From: Amoebophrya sp. A120 | Lineage: Eukaryota; Protista; Dinoflagellata | Assembly (NCBI GenBank): GCA_905178155.1 | Contig: CAJINV010000001.1 | Location: 8,881,170 to 8,945,169, forward strand | DNA length: 64,000 nucleotides | Reading direction: 5' to 3' | Part shown: piece after piece, positions 11,501-24,034 of the stretch | Numbering within the stretch: position 1 is the stretch's first letter | Layout: every line of letters starts with the position of its first letter | Notes under the pieces: generated by a model | Databases searched by the model: none | Told to the model about the DNA's origin: nothing | Seen by the model: the letters and a program-made list of their open reading frames with translations, nothing else | Made by a program: the position numbers and the translations under genes

Positions 11501-14500
11501 TGGGCCCGAAAGTGAGATTTCTCAAAAAGTGAGATTTCAGTGAAATCTCACTTTTTCCAGAGTCTCACTTTTGGGCGCCCAAAAGTGAGATTTCCCAAAA
11601 AGTGAGATTTCACTGAAATCTCACCCATTTCCCAGCGCGGCACTGGGAAACGGGTGAGATTTCACCGAAATCTCACTTTTTCCAGAATCTCACTTTTGGC
11701 GCCCGAAAGTGAGATTTCTCAAAAAGTGAGGGCATTTTTAAGAGTGTGCATGTAGTGCGTAGGCACAGGAATTGCCCGCTTTGTATTATTGTTATTGTAT
11801 ATGAGTCGTAGTGGTATTGGCAGGAGATCATGGCCCGCGTAGCCTTTCACCTCTGTCGACCGCGCAGCATTTCATTTGTATGGGGCATTTATGAAGCAGA
11901 GAGCGCCAAATTGTGTAGGTGCTAGTGTGAAGCTTTGCCGTTTTTGCCTCCCAGTGTTTTGCAGAAAAATTTTCCGGTGAAGAGGGGGGGGCTTTTCCGA
12001 TCCATGGAAGAAGAATTAAATGCAGGACCATTCATATTGCCCATTTTGATTTTCGTACTTCCTCAGGCGCGACCCACCGGTGTCCCTGACGGATCCCTAT
12101 CACGAAAGCTTGCGGCTTTACCACGAGGAACAGCAGAGGGCAGTCAAGGTGGCAGCAGGCGCGCCCCCACCCGCCACGGCAAGTGTGAATGGGTACCACG
12201 CCTATCCACCGCCGGCGATACCGGCACCAGGTGTACCAACAGCAGCGAGCTACGACCCCCGGCACCACGGACCGCCACCTCCCTTGCCGCCCGCTGCACT
12301 GCTCCGAACGAAAATGAGCACGCCCCCGCCACCGTCTTTCGCGCCGCCTGCTCCGGAGCCACATCCACCTCCCTACCGCAGCGAGCGCCAAATGATCAAG
12401 GAGCATCTAGATGCCGAACTTCCGCCTCCCGGCATCAATCTGGTCAACGGGACGAGCACTACTATACCTCCAGCCGCAGTTGCGCCATCTTCAAATAGCC
12501 ACTACTACGACCGAGGTGCACCACCTCCGCCTGGTCAACATCCACACGCGACCGCTGGAGGCCCACCACCTGTTCTTGACAGGCATCTGCACGGCAGCCG
12601 GGTTGCGACGCCGAACGGAGCTCCTCCGCCCCACACGACCACTAGTAGTTCATCCTCCATGGCAGTTCCACACATCAACTACGATTCATCCCACAACTCA
12701 ACCCCTTCTGGTTGGGACCAAATGCACCAGCATCGGCCGCTGGGTGCATCTTCCTCCAGCGCGGCCAGTACGGCAACCGGAAGTCGCGGACCTCCTCCGC
12801 CCTCATTGCACCATGCAGGAGCTGCACCAGTCGCGGGCGGACCACCGCCACCAATACCTCCTGCGGTCGTGCACCACTACAACAATCCGCATGCAATGCA
12901 CTTCGAATCGCCGCACCTTCAGCAGAGTCCACCAGCGAACTCCGATCAGCTGAATTACGAATCCACCACGGAAAAATCCGTACATTACAACACCCGCAGT
13001 CACAACACAACCGGCAGCGGCGGCGGTGGCCCGCGAGGAGGTGGGGGACGCGACCGGACAGGAGGCGGACACAACAAAAGTGGCACGAAAGAGAACAACG
13101 GTAACCTGTCCCGAAACGGCAGCAAACACTACAACCGCGATCCGCCGTACAACAGCATGTACAACAGCGGAACTTCTACAGGTGGAGGGAATCGAATGCA
13201 AAGTGGAACAAATGACGGGGGTGGTAGAGACAATAAGCCTCGTTCGGCGATGGAGCGGCGGCGCGGAGCAGCACATCCGGCAGCGTTTCCGCAAGCGAAA
13301 TTCCAGCTGATGGATATGGAATACCCAACGGACTACGAAATCGCACAAGAGCACCCTGAACTAGCGAACCACCTGCAGGGAAAAGTTTTCCAAGTCATCT
13401 CCTCGCAGCAAGGCAGCAAGCACGTCCAGCGCCTGCTGTGCGAAAGCGAAATCGCAACCAAGGTGATTGTGTGCGAGGTAAGTGATATTGACAGAAGTTG
13501 TACCGATTAGCTTTGTTTCTTTTGCGATAATTTTTATTTTGATCCTCGTGTTAGTAGTGTTGGTATATGTGCGCTTTGACTTTTCATGTACGTGTTCTGA
13601 ACTCACAGCTCCAGCCGCACCTAGTACAGCTAATGCGAGACCAGTATGCCAACTACGCTGTGAGTATGGTGTTCAGTGCGCTGCCCGACTTAAAGCGGCA
13701 GGAGCTGCTTGCCAGCGGGTTCCAAATCAACGAGCTGGTGGAGATCGCGCAGGACAAACGGGGCACCCACAGTTTGCAGGCCCTGCTCCACCGGTGCAAG
13801 GACGATCCTGTGGGAACCGTGCAGACCTTTTTGACACAGTTGCTCTCTCGGTTTCTGGCATTCGCGCTCGACCCCAACGGCACACATGTGGTGCAGAAGT
13901 GTCTGCAAACGTTCTCACAGGAGGGGCTGCAAGATATGTTTGGCACCATCTGCGATTTCTTTCCCGATATGATGCACCATCCGCACGGGCTCTGCGTACT
14001 GAAAGTGGCAATCACGCGGGCAGAAAAGCCGTGGGCAGAAAAACTGCGGCAAAAAGTGGTGGACCATACGCTGGTACTTAATCCTGAATTTCGAGAACTT
14101 TTACGTCACCTTTTCAGGATGGACGCAACGCTGCAGAGAAAAGTTTCTGTTGCAGCTTTTTTCCAGAGAATGAGAGCAGCGTGAACATAAAACTTGTGGT
14201 GTCTATTGTTTCACAAGACGATGCGCGACGTGAGCTTCGCGACCGCAGATCAACAGCAACTACAAGAAGAACGCACACCATAAAACACACTTGCAGGCTC
14301 TAATCGAGAATCCTTTTGGCAACTACGCGGTCCAGCACGCTCTGAAATCTTGGGGCTGGGAATACTGCGGTCCCGTGATTGAACAGCTGCGGTACAGATT
14401 TGCAGACGCGAGCACACAAAAATTTTCGAGCAACGTCGTTGAGTGCATACTCGGTGTGGCGCCCACCGAGGTCGGTGACACGACTCACACAAATACGGCC

Positions 14501-14905
14501 GAACAAGAAGATCAAGCTGCGCAACACGTGGAACTTGCGAGCGAGCCGTGGCAACAGAGAAAGAAGCAAAGCAAGACGAAGCTCATGACGCGCATCGAGA
14601 TTATCCGAGAAATAATTGCACCGACGAACCTCGGCGAACTGCTGAACAGCATGTATGGCCAGTACGTGGTAAAGCGTGCCCTCGCAGTCAGTGAACGGCA
14701 AGAAATAGAGGAGATCACTGATGCCTTTGAGACGTACTTGAAAGGCGGCACTTCAGGTCCGGGCGCGACGAACCGAAAGCAGGCCCGGCACCGCTGGGAG
14801 CGGATTCTGCACGATAACGCACATCATCGGGCGGCCAACGACAGAGGTCTTCAGAACAACCAACACGGACACCAAACTGCACTGGGGAGCTACAACAACT
14901 ACTGA
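8538..14905 (+). CDS. Pumilio/Puf-family RNA-binding protein with a long Pro/His/Ser-rich N-terminus (~1190 aa)
   Basis: Exons 8538-8747, 8983-9567, 9734-9931, 10106-10206, 12067-13477, 13609-14073 and 14297-14905 join in frame via GT-AG introns. Puf repeats: SQQGSKHVQ, DQYANYAV, DKRGTHSLQ, DPNGTHVVQK, NPFGNYAVQH, QKFSSNVVE, SMYGQYVVK. Confidence 0.88.
10337..12006. mobile_element. Non-autonomous hAT-like DNA transposon inside Pumilio intron 4
   Basis: 8-bp TSD GAAGAAGA (10329-10336, 12007-12014). TIR CATGGTTCGGAA / TTCCGATCCATG (1 mismatch) plus a perfect 16-bp subterminal IR (10365-10380 / 11966-11981). Removing it leaves a typical 182-nt intron. Confidence 0.8.
10470..11730. repeat. Satellite built from three palindromic modules
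   Basis: Iterated GTGAGATTTC-agt-GAAATCTCAC, TCTCACTTTTGGGCGCCCAAAAGTGAGA and TTTCCCAGT-gcggt-ACTGGGAAA. Confidence 0.95.
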
Positions 14906-17007
14906 GGACACGAAATAAAATACGGCCGATTTTGTTGACAATGTTGAAAGGCGGTCCTGATCTACATAGCGAAATAAAAAGCAGCCGAAGCGAAATAAAA
15001 AGCAGCCGAATTTCTCTACTTGGGCGACACGAAGGGAGAAAGAGAATAAAAGCCAGTTCTTCGGTTTGGCTTGCGAGACCGCATTTCTTCGCGAATGGAC
15101 CAAGTCGAATCGAATTTCTTTTCATCGTGTGTTTTTTTTTTTACACAGAAAATGAAACACCTTGCTTTGTCACGCTCACGACCAAATTTTTTAACAACAC
15201 CACCCTAAGCAGGGACCACAAGCCACTTACAATCAGAATGAGAAATACTTGCTTGCAAACATAACACTTTTTCAAAAATTCTGCTGATGCCACCTTATCT
15301 TCCAAGACGTTGGGCTCCGATCTCGCATTAAGAATATACCCCAGAAAGTAGTAGCAACCAAAAGAAAAGAACCAGAGCGGTCTTCCCTTCGCGCCAATCC
15401 TCCGTCGAATTTCACCGCTCGGCGATCTTTTCGGGGTCTTCTGCTGCAGCGGTGCATCGACCGCCTTAATATCTCGTGTACCTAAAGTCAAAAAAGATTC
15501 CTCCGAAAGTAAGTATCTCACTGCAGCAACGAAGACCCCGAGAAGGGAACTGGAGATGCATCTGCATTTGCATTTCACTGTTCTGATGGGGCTAGTTGCT
15601 ATAGAGTACCTCCTCCGCAGTATTTTTGTATCTCTATCTTCCTTTACGATCACAGATGGGAGCCAGAAATGGCTGTGGTGCAAGTGTAACTTCTACGACT
15701 AAGTGCAAAAATATCGAAGCAAAATGGTCAATAAAATTCTTCAAGATTTACCATGAACATCATCAAGACAACAAGCCTCCTCGGGTGTGTGGTCCTCCCT
15801 TCCGACTTTCTTTATATGAGAACCACCGCCACGCAGGAGTTCAGCTGTGTTTTTTTCATAACTTTATTTTTATGAAAGTACTACAATAACAATAAACCCA
15901 ATTTTTACGATTATGACGAGTAGTTCTGGAACAGGAATTTTCGATAACAAACAGAGCAGATAGGAAAACTACCCAAGAAGATCAAAATGAAGACTAGAGC
16001 CTTGTTTCTCCACCTCCTTATGAAGACCATTCCATCCACTCTTGGCCACTATCTGCGAGGGTTCGTTGGCGTCGGCGTTTCAGTAGCTAGTAGAGTAGCA
16101 GATCCCGCTGCGGATTTCCTGCTTTAATACAGCTACCGTCGTGTGAACAACGTCAACGTCAGAGCCGTAAAGTAACCCAAAGAACTGAAAACTCAACTTT
16201 TCTCAAATTTGTTTCGCACTTTATTTTGGAATTTGTATAGGATACTATTTGATGCAATAGAAACATCCTTCTCCTTCAAAAGTAGATACAGCTGATGATG
16301 TTGATATGATAAGTAGCTGCTTGCTACAACAACCAAGTATATGGCAACAATTATCGATATTTGGATATTGTGTAACTTTGTTCATTATGGAAACAAGAAC
16401 GCATAAGATTATTCATAGAGTAAGCCACTTGGTTCTAAAAAGTTTTTTTCAAATAGAGAGGTTAAGCAGGGTTCACGTCAAGGTTTTGAAAATCCTAGTA
16501 CAACTTCGACTTCCACTTCGTATCCGACTTGTATGAAATTGCAAACAACAAAAACATTTGAAAGATTTGTCACGAACTGGTCCATGGGAAATCACGAGAA
16601 TTGCGCGTGAGTGACGCTCTTCGACTTGTTTCGGAGTCGGAAAGATCAAAAATTCTATACTTATCCGAAAAGTCCGCGTTTGTTGTTGTTCAGCAGCGTG
16701 GTAATGTGGAAGAGTGCTGATGAGAGTTGAGATGATATTTCAGAAGCACAAACACAAATATTGTCTACGTGAGCGATTTTTTTTCGACTGGCTCGTCGAG
16801 TGTCCTCGTATTAAGAGCATCTTGAGGTACGCAAAGATTGCTCATGGTCCGATGTGCAGCATTCACATTATACAACTTACTTACCTTTTGCCATCGCGCT
16901 CGACAAAAAAATGAAAAATTTCACCCAGCCTCATACACAGAACAAATAGTATAGATCGATATGAAAAATTTGAATTATCTTTTCCCCTAGTAGCACCCAA
17001 CCACAAC

Positions 17008-19390
17008 ATGGTCTTTTTTCTCTCAGCCCGCGCGAAACAAAAATGTTGCGTCTTAACAACTGTTCTGAGTCTCCATGCGTTGCTAGTGCATGCCAGCATG
17101 CCGATACACGACGGTTGGTTTTGGTTGTTGTTGGGCCTGGCTGTGTTCAACTACCTGGCCACGGCTTTGTCCGATCCAGGCTACGTAGGAGGGATACCCT
17201 CAAACCGGGACACGGACACGACACCACCCGGTCTTGCCGACGACGTCTTCAATCCGTCACCTACGTATCCTGCGGAAAAACATCCCCGCCCCAGAGGCAA
17301 GATGATACTTTTCAAGACCACGCGTTTCTGCTGTAGTCGCGGGCGATAAGCTTGGCTCGCAGTTTAATGGTGCGGTTTAGCTATTGCAGCCGCGTCAAAA
17401 TTGATTCTAGCATTCGTTACTGATTCTAGCATTTTGACTTTGAGAAGCAAGCTCCCAGAGTGATAGTATTAGAAAACGCTTCCCACGGGGCTGCGCATGA
17501 GAAACATTTTAGGACTGCAGCTTTCTATGAGGATTAACAAGAGTAATATGGCGTGGGGCCGGTTTCATACAGGATACGCCAGCGATGTTTTCCACGGCAA
17601 GGCAGCAGCTGCTGGTACGCAATGGAGGCGAAGAAGGAGATACTAGAGGAGTGATACAGCAGGACGCGAAAACATTTAACGGCCAGCATGTTGATAGTAG
17701 AAGTACAGCAGCAGAAGTCTCCTTAGGAGGCGGAACACGACTGTCACAAAACGAGGGCAACTATACAGTGAGGACCGGCGATGGCTCGTCATCGACATCG
17801 TCGGCAGGAGGAGCTTCCGCTACGCTCTATGATGCTACCACGACATCGCAAAAATGGTGCAGCATCTGCAATTGCGAGCAAGCTCTGCGCACAAAACACT
17901 GCCGGGACTGTCAGCGCTGCGTTAGGACCCACGACCACCACTGTCCGTGGGTAGACAGCTGCGTCGGTGAAGGAAATCGTGCCTTTTTCTTTGCCTTCAT
18001 CCTGTTCCAGTTTTTGGAAACAGCGCTCTGCATGTCCCATGTCGTGCGCCGCGTAGTATTGAGCACCGGCGGAGGTAGGGACACTGACATGTATAGCGAC
18101 GCTGACGAAGAGGGCTCGAATAGCTTGCTGCTAGGGGAAATAAATGTGGTGGATGGAAAGAAAGTGGAGATGAACCGGATCGATCTCGATGCACAGTACA
18201 GCACACAGCAGGAAAAAATGCTAGACGAAGCAAAGCGAACCAAGATGCTGATGACAGAGGGGCACCACCCAGATATAAGCAGCAGCGCTGTCCGTGGCGC
18301 ACTGCTTGGAAAGCATTCTCAGAGTTACCAAGATGAACTCTATGCGGGGACCACGAGGCCGTCAACGTCGGGAATGGTTGTGGCCCAGGAACTACAACAG
18401 GTCCGCCAGCACTACGACGCCCTTTCCTCGGCGAATCACGGCACGTCCAGAGCGCAGGTATCGCCCACCGCTACCGTCAACGACATTGCGCTACTGCTCG
18501 TGCTCGCGATTATTGCGTTTGCACTTTTCCTCCTTTTCTGCACTCACGTGTATCTGATATCCGCCAACCTGACGACGTATGAAATGACGCGGCGTCATCG
18601 GGTGCCGTACCTGCAGAATCTCCGTAAGGGCTCGCCGTTCAGCGAAGGCTGTTTCCAGAATTGGGCCGCATATTTACTGCTCGGCCGCACCCCCTGCTGG
18701 CGGGCATCGCCCTGGTACCGCAGGAAAGCCGTGGCGATAGTGAAGAACATCAACGGCTGCTGCACTTCATCTTCCCGGTTTCTCCGCTGGTTGATCTTCC
18801 CGAGAACAGGAAACAACAGAGCAAACAGACTAATCCACCAGCGAGCGCTTGTTCTTCCAAATAACCGCGCAACAGCACTGCAGGAAGGCCGTCGCGGAGG
18901 AAGCCCATCTTGGTCCATAGTCGAATCCGGCTCGACTTCCACCACAACATCTTTGCATCTTCAGGGCATACGCAGCACAGGGATCACCCCTGGGTCGACG
19001 GAAGCGTGCAATAATTATGGGGAAAAGGACGCGCTAAATCGGTACGATTCTCGTTTTCCTGGTGACGAGGCTGTGGAGGCTCCTGCTTCGATATTTATTC
19101 AGGGGGAGGATGCCGGCGGGAGCGGGACGCCAATAATGTCCGGAGAGGATGCCAATATTCTTGTATCGGAACAAGCCGGACACAATGCGGAGACTGTTGA
19201 CTTTGAAACGAATGCAGAGGCGGCCGAAGAAGGCCGCATGGAAATGCATTTATTTGTCGAAACCGAGAACTACACGATGAACATGGCTTGTGCCCCGGAC
19301 CCGGTCACAGGACACATAACCTGGACTCCGGGCACGGCCCACGTGCCGTTTTGTCTCACAATATGCAACCCCTGCGTCTACGACCAATGA
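17008..19390 (+). CDS. DHHC-type palmitoyltransferase
   Basis: N-terminal TM segments with SDPGY; Cys-rich domain CSICNCEQALRTKHCRDCQRCVRTHDHHCPWVDSCVGEGN; TTYE and SPFSEG motifs. One intron at ~17265-17578 (TIR element); alternative GT-AG 17185-17572. Confidence 0.9.
17266..17576. mobile_element. Degenerate TIR intron element (TAT...ATA)
   Basis: Left TATCCTGCGGAAAAACATCCCCGCCCC vs right reverse complement TATCCTGTATGAAACCGGCCCCACGCC; removal restores the frame (SPT|PAMF). Confidence 0.7.
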
Positions 19391-20102
19391 CAAGAGAAAC
19401 AAGACGAAAAAAACCCCCGCAATATTCTTGCAACAGCAACTTGCTTTTGATTTCAAACTGAAGAGTACACAAACGCAGAGACAGAGAGCGAAAAGAAGAG
19501 GCTCAGTTTCCTGCGCGTTAGCTCGTTCACTTATTAAGTAATTTGTGCTACATGAAGGTGGGAAGAAACTTCCTCTCTCGGTATCATGATCGGTCAGCCA
19601 CTGAGCAGAAAAACAAGCCGAATTTTTCGCAGATGATGATCAGTACAGTTTTACGTTTACTCGTCGGTGATAGATGGTGAACACGAGGAAAACAGAATCG
19701 GTGGACGAAAGACGAGGCACCGCTTTATGATATATTCCGGCGGAATATTTTCTTGCCGTAGTAGAAGCATCTGTCTAAGAATGATCTCTTCAACATGCAC
19801 ATAGAAGTCTCATGTGGAAGATATGGTAATATTAGTGAACAGCGAGAGTCCCCATCGTGCGCTAAAAGGAACTGGTCCTAAACGCTTCTCAGACGACACT
19901 TTCTTATTTCTGTTTCTGGGTCAACCAGATTTGTCAAGCCTCTCGAGTAAATTTAACTTTTATGTTTTGAAAGTTTCTCAACCGAAAAAAGAGTAATCAG
20001 TGTATATCAAGATCACGTTCTTCGAGTGCATAACATACAGACCACTAATTTTTATTCCCAGCAAGACCATCTTGTGGTAAGTAACACACAACAAGCCAAA
20101 AG

Positions 20103-22824
20103 ATGTCAGCGCAGTACCGAATGGAACCGGAGGAGCGGTTTGCGAGTGAGAATAACGGGGAAAGGGAGGGATTGATAAAATCGTTATCGTCTGCCCCAAG
20201 TGGCCTCCGTTCGTCTGCAAATAGCAGATCGAAAAATCGTCGCGGTGCTAGCGAGGATGAAAACGTATTTTTGTACGACGACGAGACAGGAGCTATCAAA
20301 GGCAATTTGTCTGTTTTACACCTTGGGTTATCCCATTTCTTTTTCTTGACATCTTCGCTTTGTATGTCCGCCTGTCTTTGCAGCGGGTAGGGGTACGGGT
20401 TTGCGGTGCTGGTCCACAAGGAGCACGACCTTTCGATTATCTACCCTTTTGCAGCACCTATCCTCGTGTGATACATATAACTGCTGAGGACCTTCTACAA
20501 TATATGAGGTGTGTCGAGATAGGGCCCATAGCTTGAAAAAACTGCACTTTTTCCTTTGATAGAAACTGATCCTGACGCTGAGTTGGAGCGCAAGGCCAAG
20601 TGGGTGCGTTGCCTTGTGGGCGGCTGCTGTGGCTGTCTACACATCTTTCTGTTGATGGTCTGGACTTTGTTGATGCTCGGTTTAACTATCGGCATCCCCA
20701 AGTTGGAGGACAGCGAAGTAATTTCTGATTTCCTCGGCATTACGGACGACTTCGAAAATCAACTGCCTGCTGCGTGGAAAAAGGCAATCGGGCACCCACC
20801 TGCTACGGCCTCGTTTGCGCAACTAGCGGAACAGGAAGATGTGGATGTGGTCGCGAGCGATCTCCTCGGGCAGGCTGCTGCATCATGGCCTGCTACGCAA
20901 CATGATCTTCAACGCAAAAGGTTTTTGGAAGCCACTGGAGAGGCGCAAGAAGCTGAAGATGCACAACAACCGTATCAGGTGGCGGCGATGACAACAAGCG
21001 CCCTGTTGCAATTGGGCGAAAAAGCAGGGGGTGGCGCTGGAGCGCCCCCGGGCACTCCTGTTTCGAAAAATGTCAAGGACATCATAGATGCTGCGTATGC
21101 TTGGCACGGAAATTTACCATATTGCAGTCCTACTTGAAGTTCGTGCTAAGTACTCCGCGAATCTGCTGGGGAAGGCTACAAGCATTCTCTTCGTGCATGA
21201 TCAGAATTTATTTCAGTTCCTTGTTTGTCGTCTTTCCTGCTTGTGGTATTTCGTTTTGAGGCAAAGGCTTCTTTTTTCTGTACGAAAAGTGGCAGTTGTG
21301 ATCACTTTGACTTTGCATATATCGATGATGGCGGGCACAGAGCAAAGTGTGTGAAAGTTTCCAAGCATACGCGCGCGCCATTCAAGAACGCGGCTGGGTA
21401 CGTATTCTGGGTCTATGGTTTCTACGTGGTTTCCCCGAGCGAGTCGAACCTTCTCATCTACGTCTTCGGCTACCTTTACGAGTCCTTCAACAAGTATTTC
21501 GGTCCGGGCAGCTGGTTTGACAAATCCATTGACGTGTACAAGAGGGGCACCGATAACCCGCCCAGCGCCAAGCCTGCGTCTTTTTTGGAGCAAGAAGAAG
21601 AACTGGGCGCCAGCTCATCTCCCATAAGTCACAAGGAGCTTCTTGTTGATGAGCAGGGGAACGAGGGCCACGAAAACCAGATGCTGCAAATCGAGCAGCT
21701 TGACCACGCGCCGCAGCGGCAATCAAAGTCGTACTATGTAGACCAGGTCAAAGATGGCAACATTAACTTGAAATTCGGCAAGAAAATGCAGACAGCTGCG
21801 GGTATCAACATTGCTTCCATCGTGCTTCTCTTCATCGCAGTCGTCTGCCTGATGCGCCTTGGATGTTGCAGCTGCGGAGGTCCGAAGAAATATGGCAAGG
21901 GATGGTGTGTCACCATTGTCTTCTGGCTTGCGGTATGAATATTTTTTTGGTTTATTTTTTTATTCTTGACGTTGACGGCATTCACATTGAAGACGTTTTT
22001 CCGGTAAATTGACATATTGAATAAGATGAGCATGAGTCTGCTTAACTAAAATCAAGATGGTGTCGCATACTGTATGTAACTCTCGAAAAGCAGGCAAAAT
22101 GATCTTCATCTTTGCCTTCCCGTCCCGTCTCATCTTGCTGGCGTCGCTCAGGTGGTCATAAGAGGTGGCACAACATCACATTCCAATTTGATCTCCACAA
22201 CCACAACAGATTGCATGCGACCTGACACTGTTGATTCTGCGGGGATGTATTCCCGGCTCGGTAAACGATGTGCTAAAGCCCGTGCAGTACTCCGTGGAGA
22301 AGTCCTTGGGAGCCGTGCTCGAAAAAGTGCAGGATCTAGATCTTTCGGGGACGCAGTGCGTCTCCGGATTCCAGTGGGGGCTGTACCGATTGATCGAAAG
22401 CGCGTCCCAAGGCGACCCCGACGCGGAGGCTGACCTGAAGCTCTTTGCAGGCGACCAGCCTGGGGCCGTGGCACAGTTGAAGGCCTCCCGGTTGGCGAGC
22501 ATCGCGGCGGCAGGCCCGGGCGCAACGGAGGAACAGGTGTATGCTTTGTGGACGGACCCGACCGCGGCGGCCGGTCGGACTCAGCTGCCGAATTTTCCGA
22601 TTGACGATACCACGTGCAAGGAGGTCAATCAGGCTCTCAAGATTGACCTACCCGCACTGTACAGCGACGTTGTGACGCCGATGATCCTCAGCCCCGGGCC
22701 AGGGGCCACTATCGCCGAAATTCTCGGCTACGTGACCTTTTCCCTGACGATCGTGCTGCTGCTCGTCGGCATGTTCTGCTACGGGCAGCTGAACCCGATG
22801 GCCGCCGCCGGGAAGAGGCGGTAA
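20103..22824 (+). CDS. Multi-pass membrane protein of unknown function, 4 exons
   Basis: ORF pieces 20103, 20556, 21225 and 22210-22824 join in frame (introns ~20302-20562, ~21093-21260, 21933-22209). About four hydrophobic helices and Cys clusters (GGCCGC, GCCSCGG). Confidence 0.72.
20294..20561. mobile_element. Degenerate TIR intron element (TAT...ATA)
   Basis: 9-bp perfect terminal IR TATCAAAGG / CCTTTGATA that extends imperfectly; flanks GGAGC / GAAAC (3/5); frame-restoring. Confidence 0.65.
21096..21265. mobile_element. Highly decayed TIR-bearing intron
   Basis: Left TATGCTTGGCACGGAAATTTACCATATTGCAG vs right reverse complement TTTGCCTCAAAACGAAATACCACAAGCAG; exact splice register ambiguous. 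Confidence 0.45.
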
Positions 22825-24034
22825 TCGTAATTCTATGTATATAGGTGAAGCTACGAAAAAATGATGAATCTCGGGATTATATTTTTTGCGTGGGTCTCCA
22901 GGGCTGTAAGAACTACATTGAAGGGATACATCCTTCCTAGAAGACACACAACTGCGCCCGGTTCTTTTTCTTTACCTCTCACAGTTGGCAATCCATCATT
23001 ATCATCAACACGTTTTGCGTCGCCCATGGCTGTGTCTGACATCACATATTGACACTCACATGATATCTAAGAGTCAGATGTTGAACATAAGTAGTAGCTG
23101 TAGTAGTACACGTCGACCACACTTCTGCCTCGACTACAACTTCAAAATTAACTTTTACGTGGACACGATGCAGTGACACCAAATTTTGTACATTCTTGTA
23201 GCGTTGCGTGTTGGGGTGAGTTGTAAATAGTAATAGTTATAGTGTTGCTTTCTATTTGTGCGCATGAATGAAGATGACACGCAGAGCCGCTGAGTAAGTA
23301 CTTAATGTCAATTCATCACCGCGACAAGTAATTTTTGCAGCTCGCCCTGATAAACATCACGCAACATAAGACTCAAACACAAACTCAATAAAGACCGCCA
23401 ATAAATTTTGTGAACATTCACATTGAATGATTGATGAGCTTCAGCAGAAAAACATGATAAAGAATGCGAACAGAATGAAAAGCACAAGCTAGTACTTGTA
23501 TGCGAATCGCTGTGCCATGTTGTTCGCGTTCGCCTCACTCTACTCCCCAGTGGTCCAGCAGCACGTGTCGTGTGAGAATCAGGGCATAGAAGCAGTTCAA
23601 GAGGAATCTTAAACCCAATGTCTTCAACGCCATTGGTCATGTGCTTCCACTTCTCCACAAAAACGATTACTTCTAGTACGATTGAAAAACGTTAAACGTT
23701 TCTGAGACGGGAGAGATGAAGCGTGAGGGAGAGAATTAAAAAATAGGGCTTTCAACTACTAGCTTGGCCGTCTTGCAAAAATAAGTATTGGCTCACCTAT
23801 AGAGCCATGCTGTCACTCCTATTCTTCTTCCCGATTTGAACTTGAGCAGGCACATGCACATCTTTGGGCTGCTACAATCGAAGCAGCACAATACCGGAGC
23901 GATGTAGCGGCTTGGTCGTGACTGGGCGCGCAGCCGAGTCCTGATCTCGGGAAGCTACGCGAACAGCACTTATAATTGACTGCGCATCTTATGGTCGTCC
24001 GTGAAATTAAACCACTACAGATCGGTTAGCGAAA

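Noticed and set aside
10470-11730. CRISPR-like appearance of the palindromic array
   Set aside because: No unique spacers, no cas genes and a eukaryotic intronic context; it is a satellite.
22094-22151. Extra hydrophobic exon (GKMIFIFAFPSRLILLASL)
   Set aside because: Needs non-matching splice phases; the single intron 21933-22209 already gives a continuous TM helix.
21934-22217. TIR element underlying intron 21933-22209
   Set aside because: Only 12/19 complementarity in T-rich sequence, no TSD, and a clean GT-AG solution exists.
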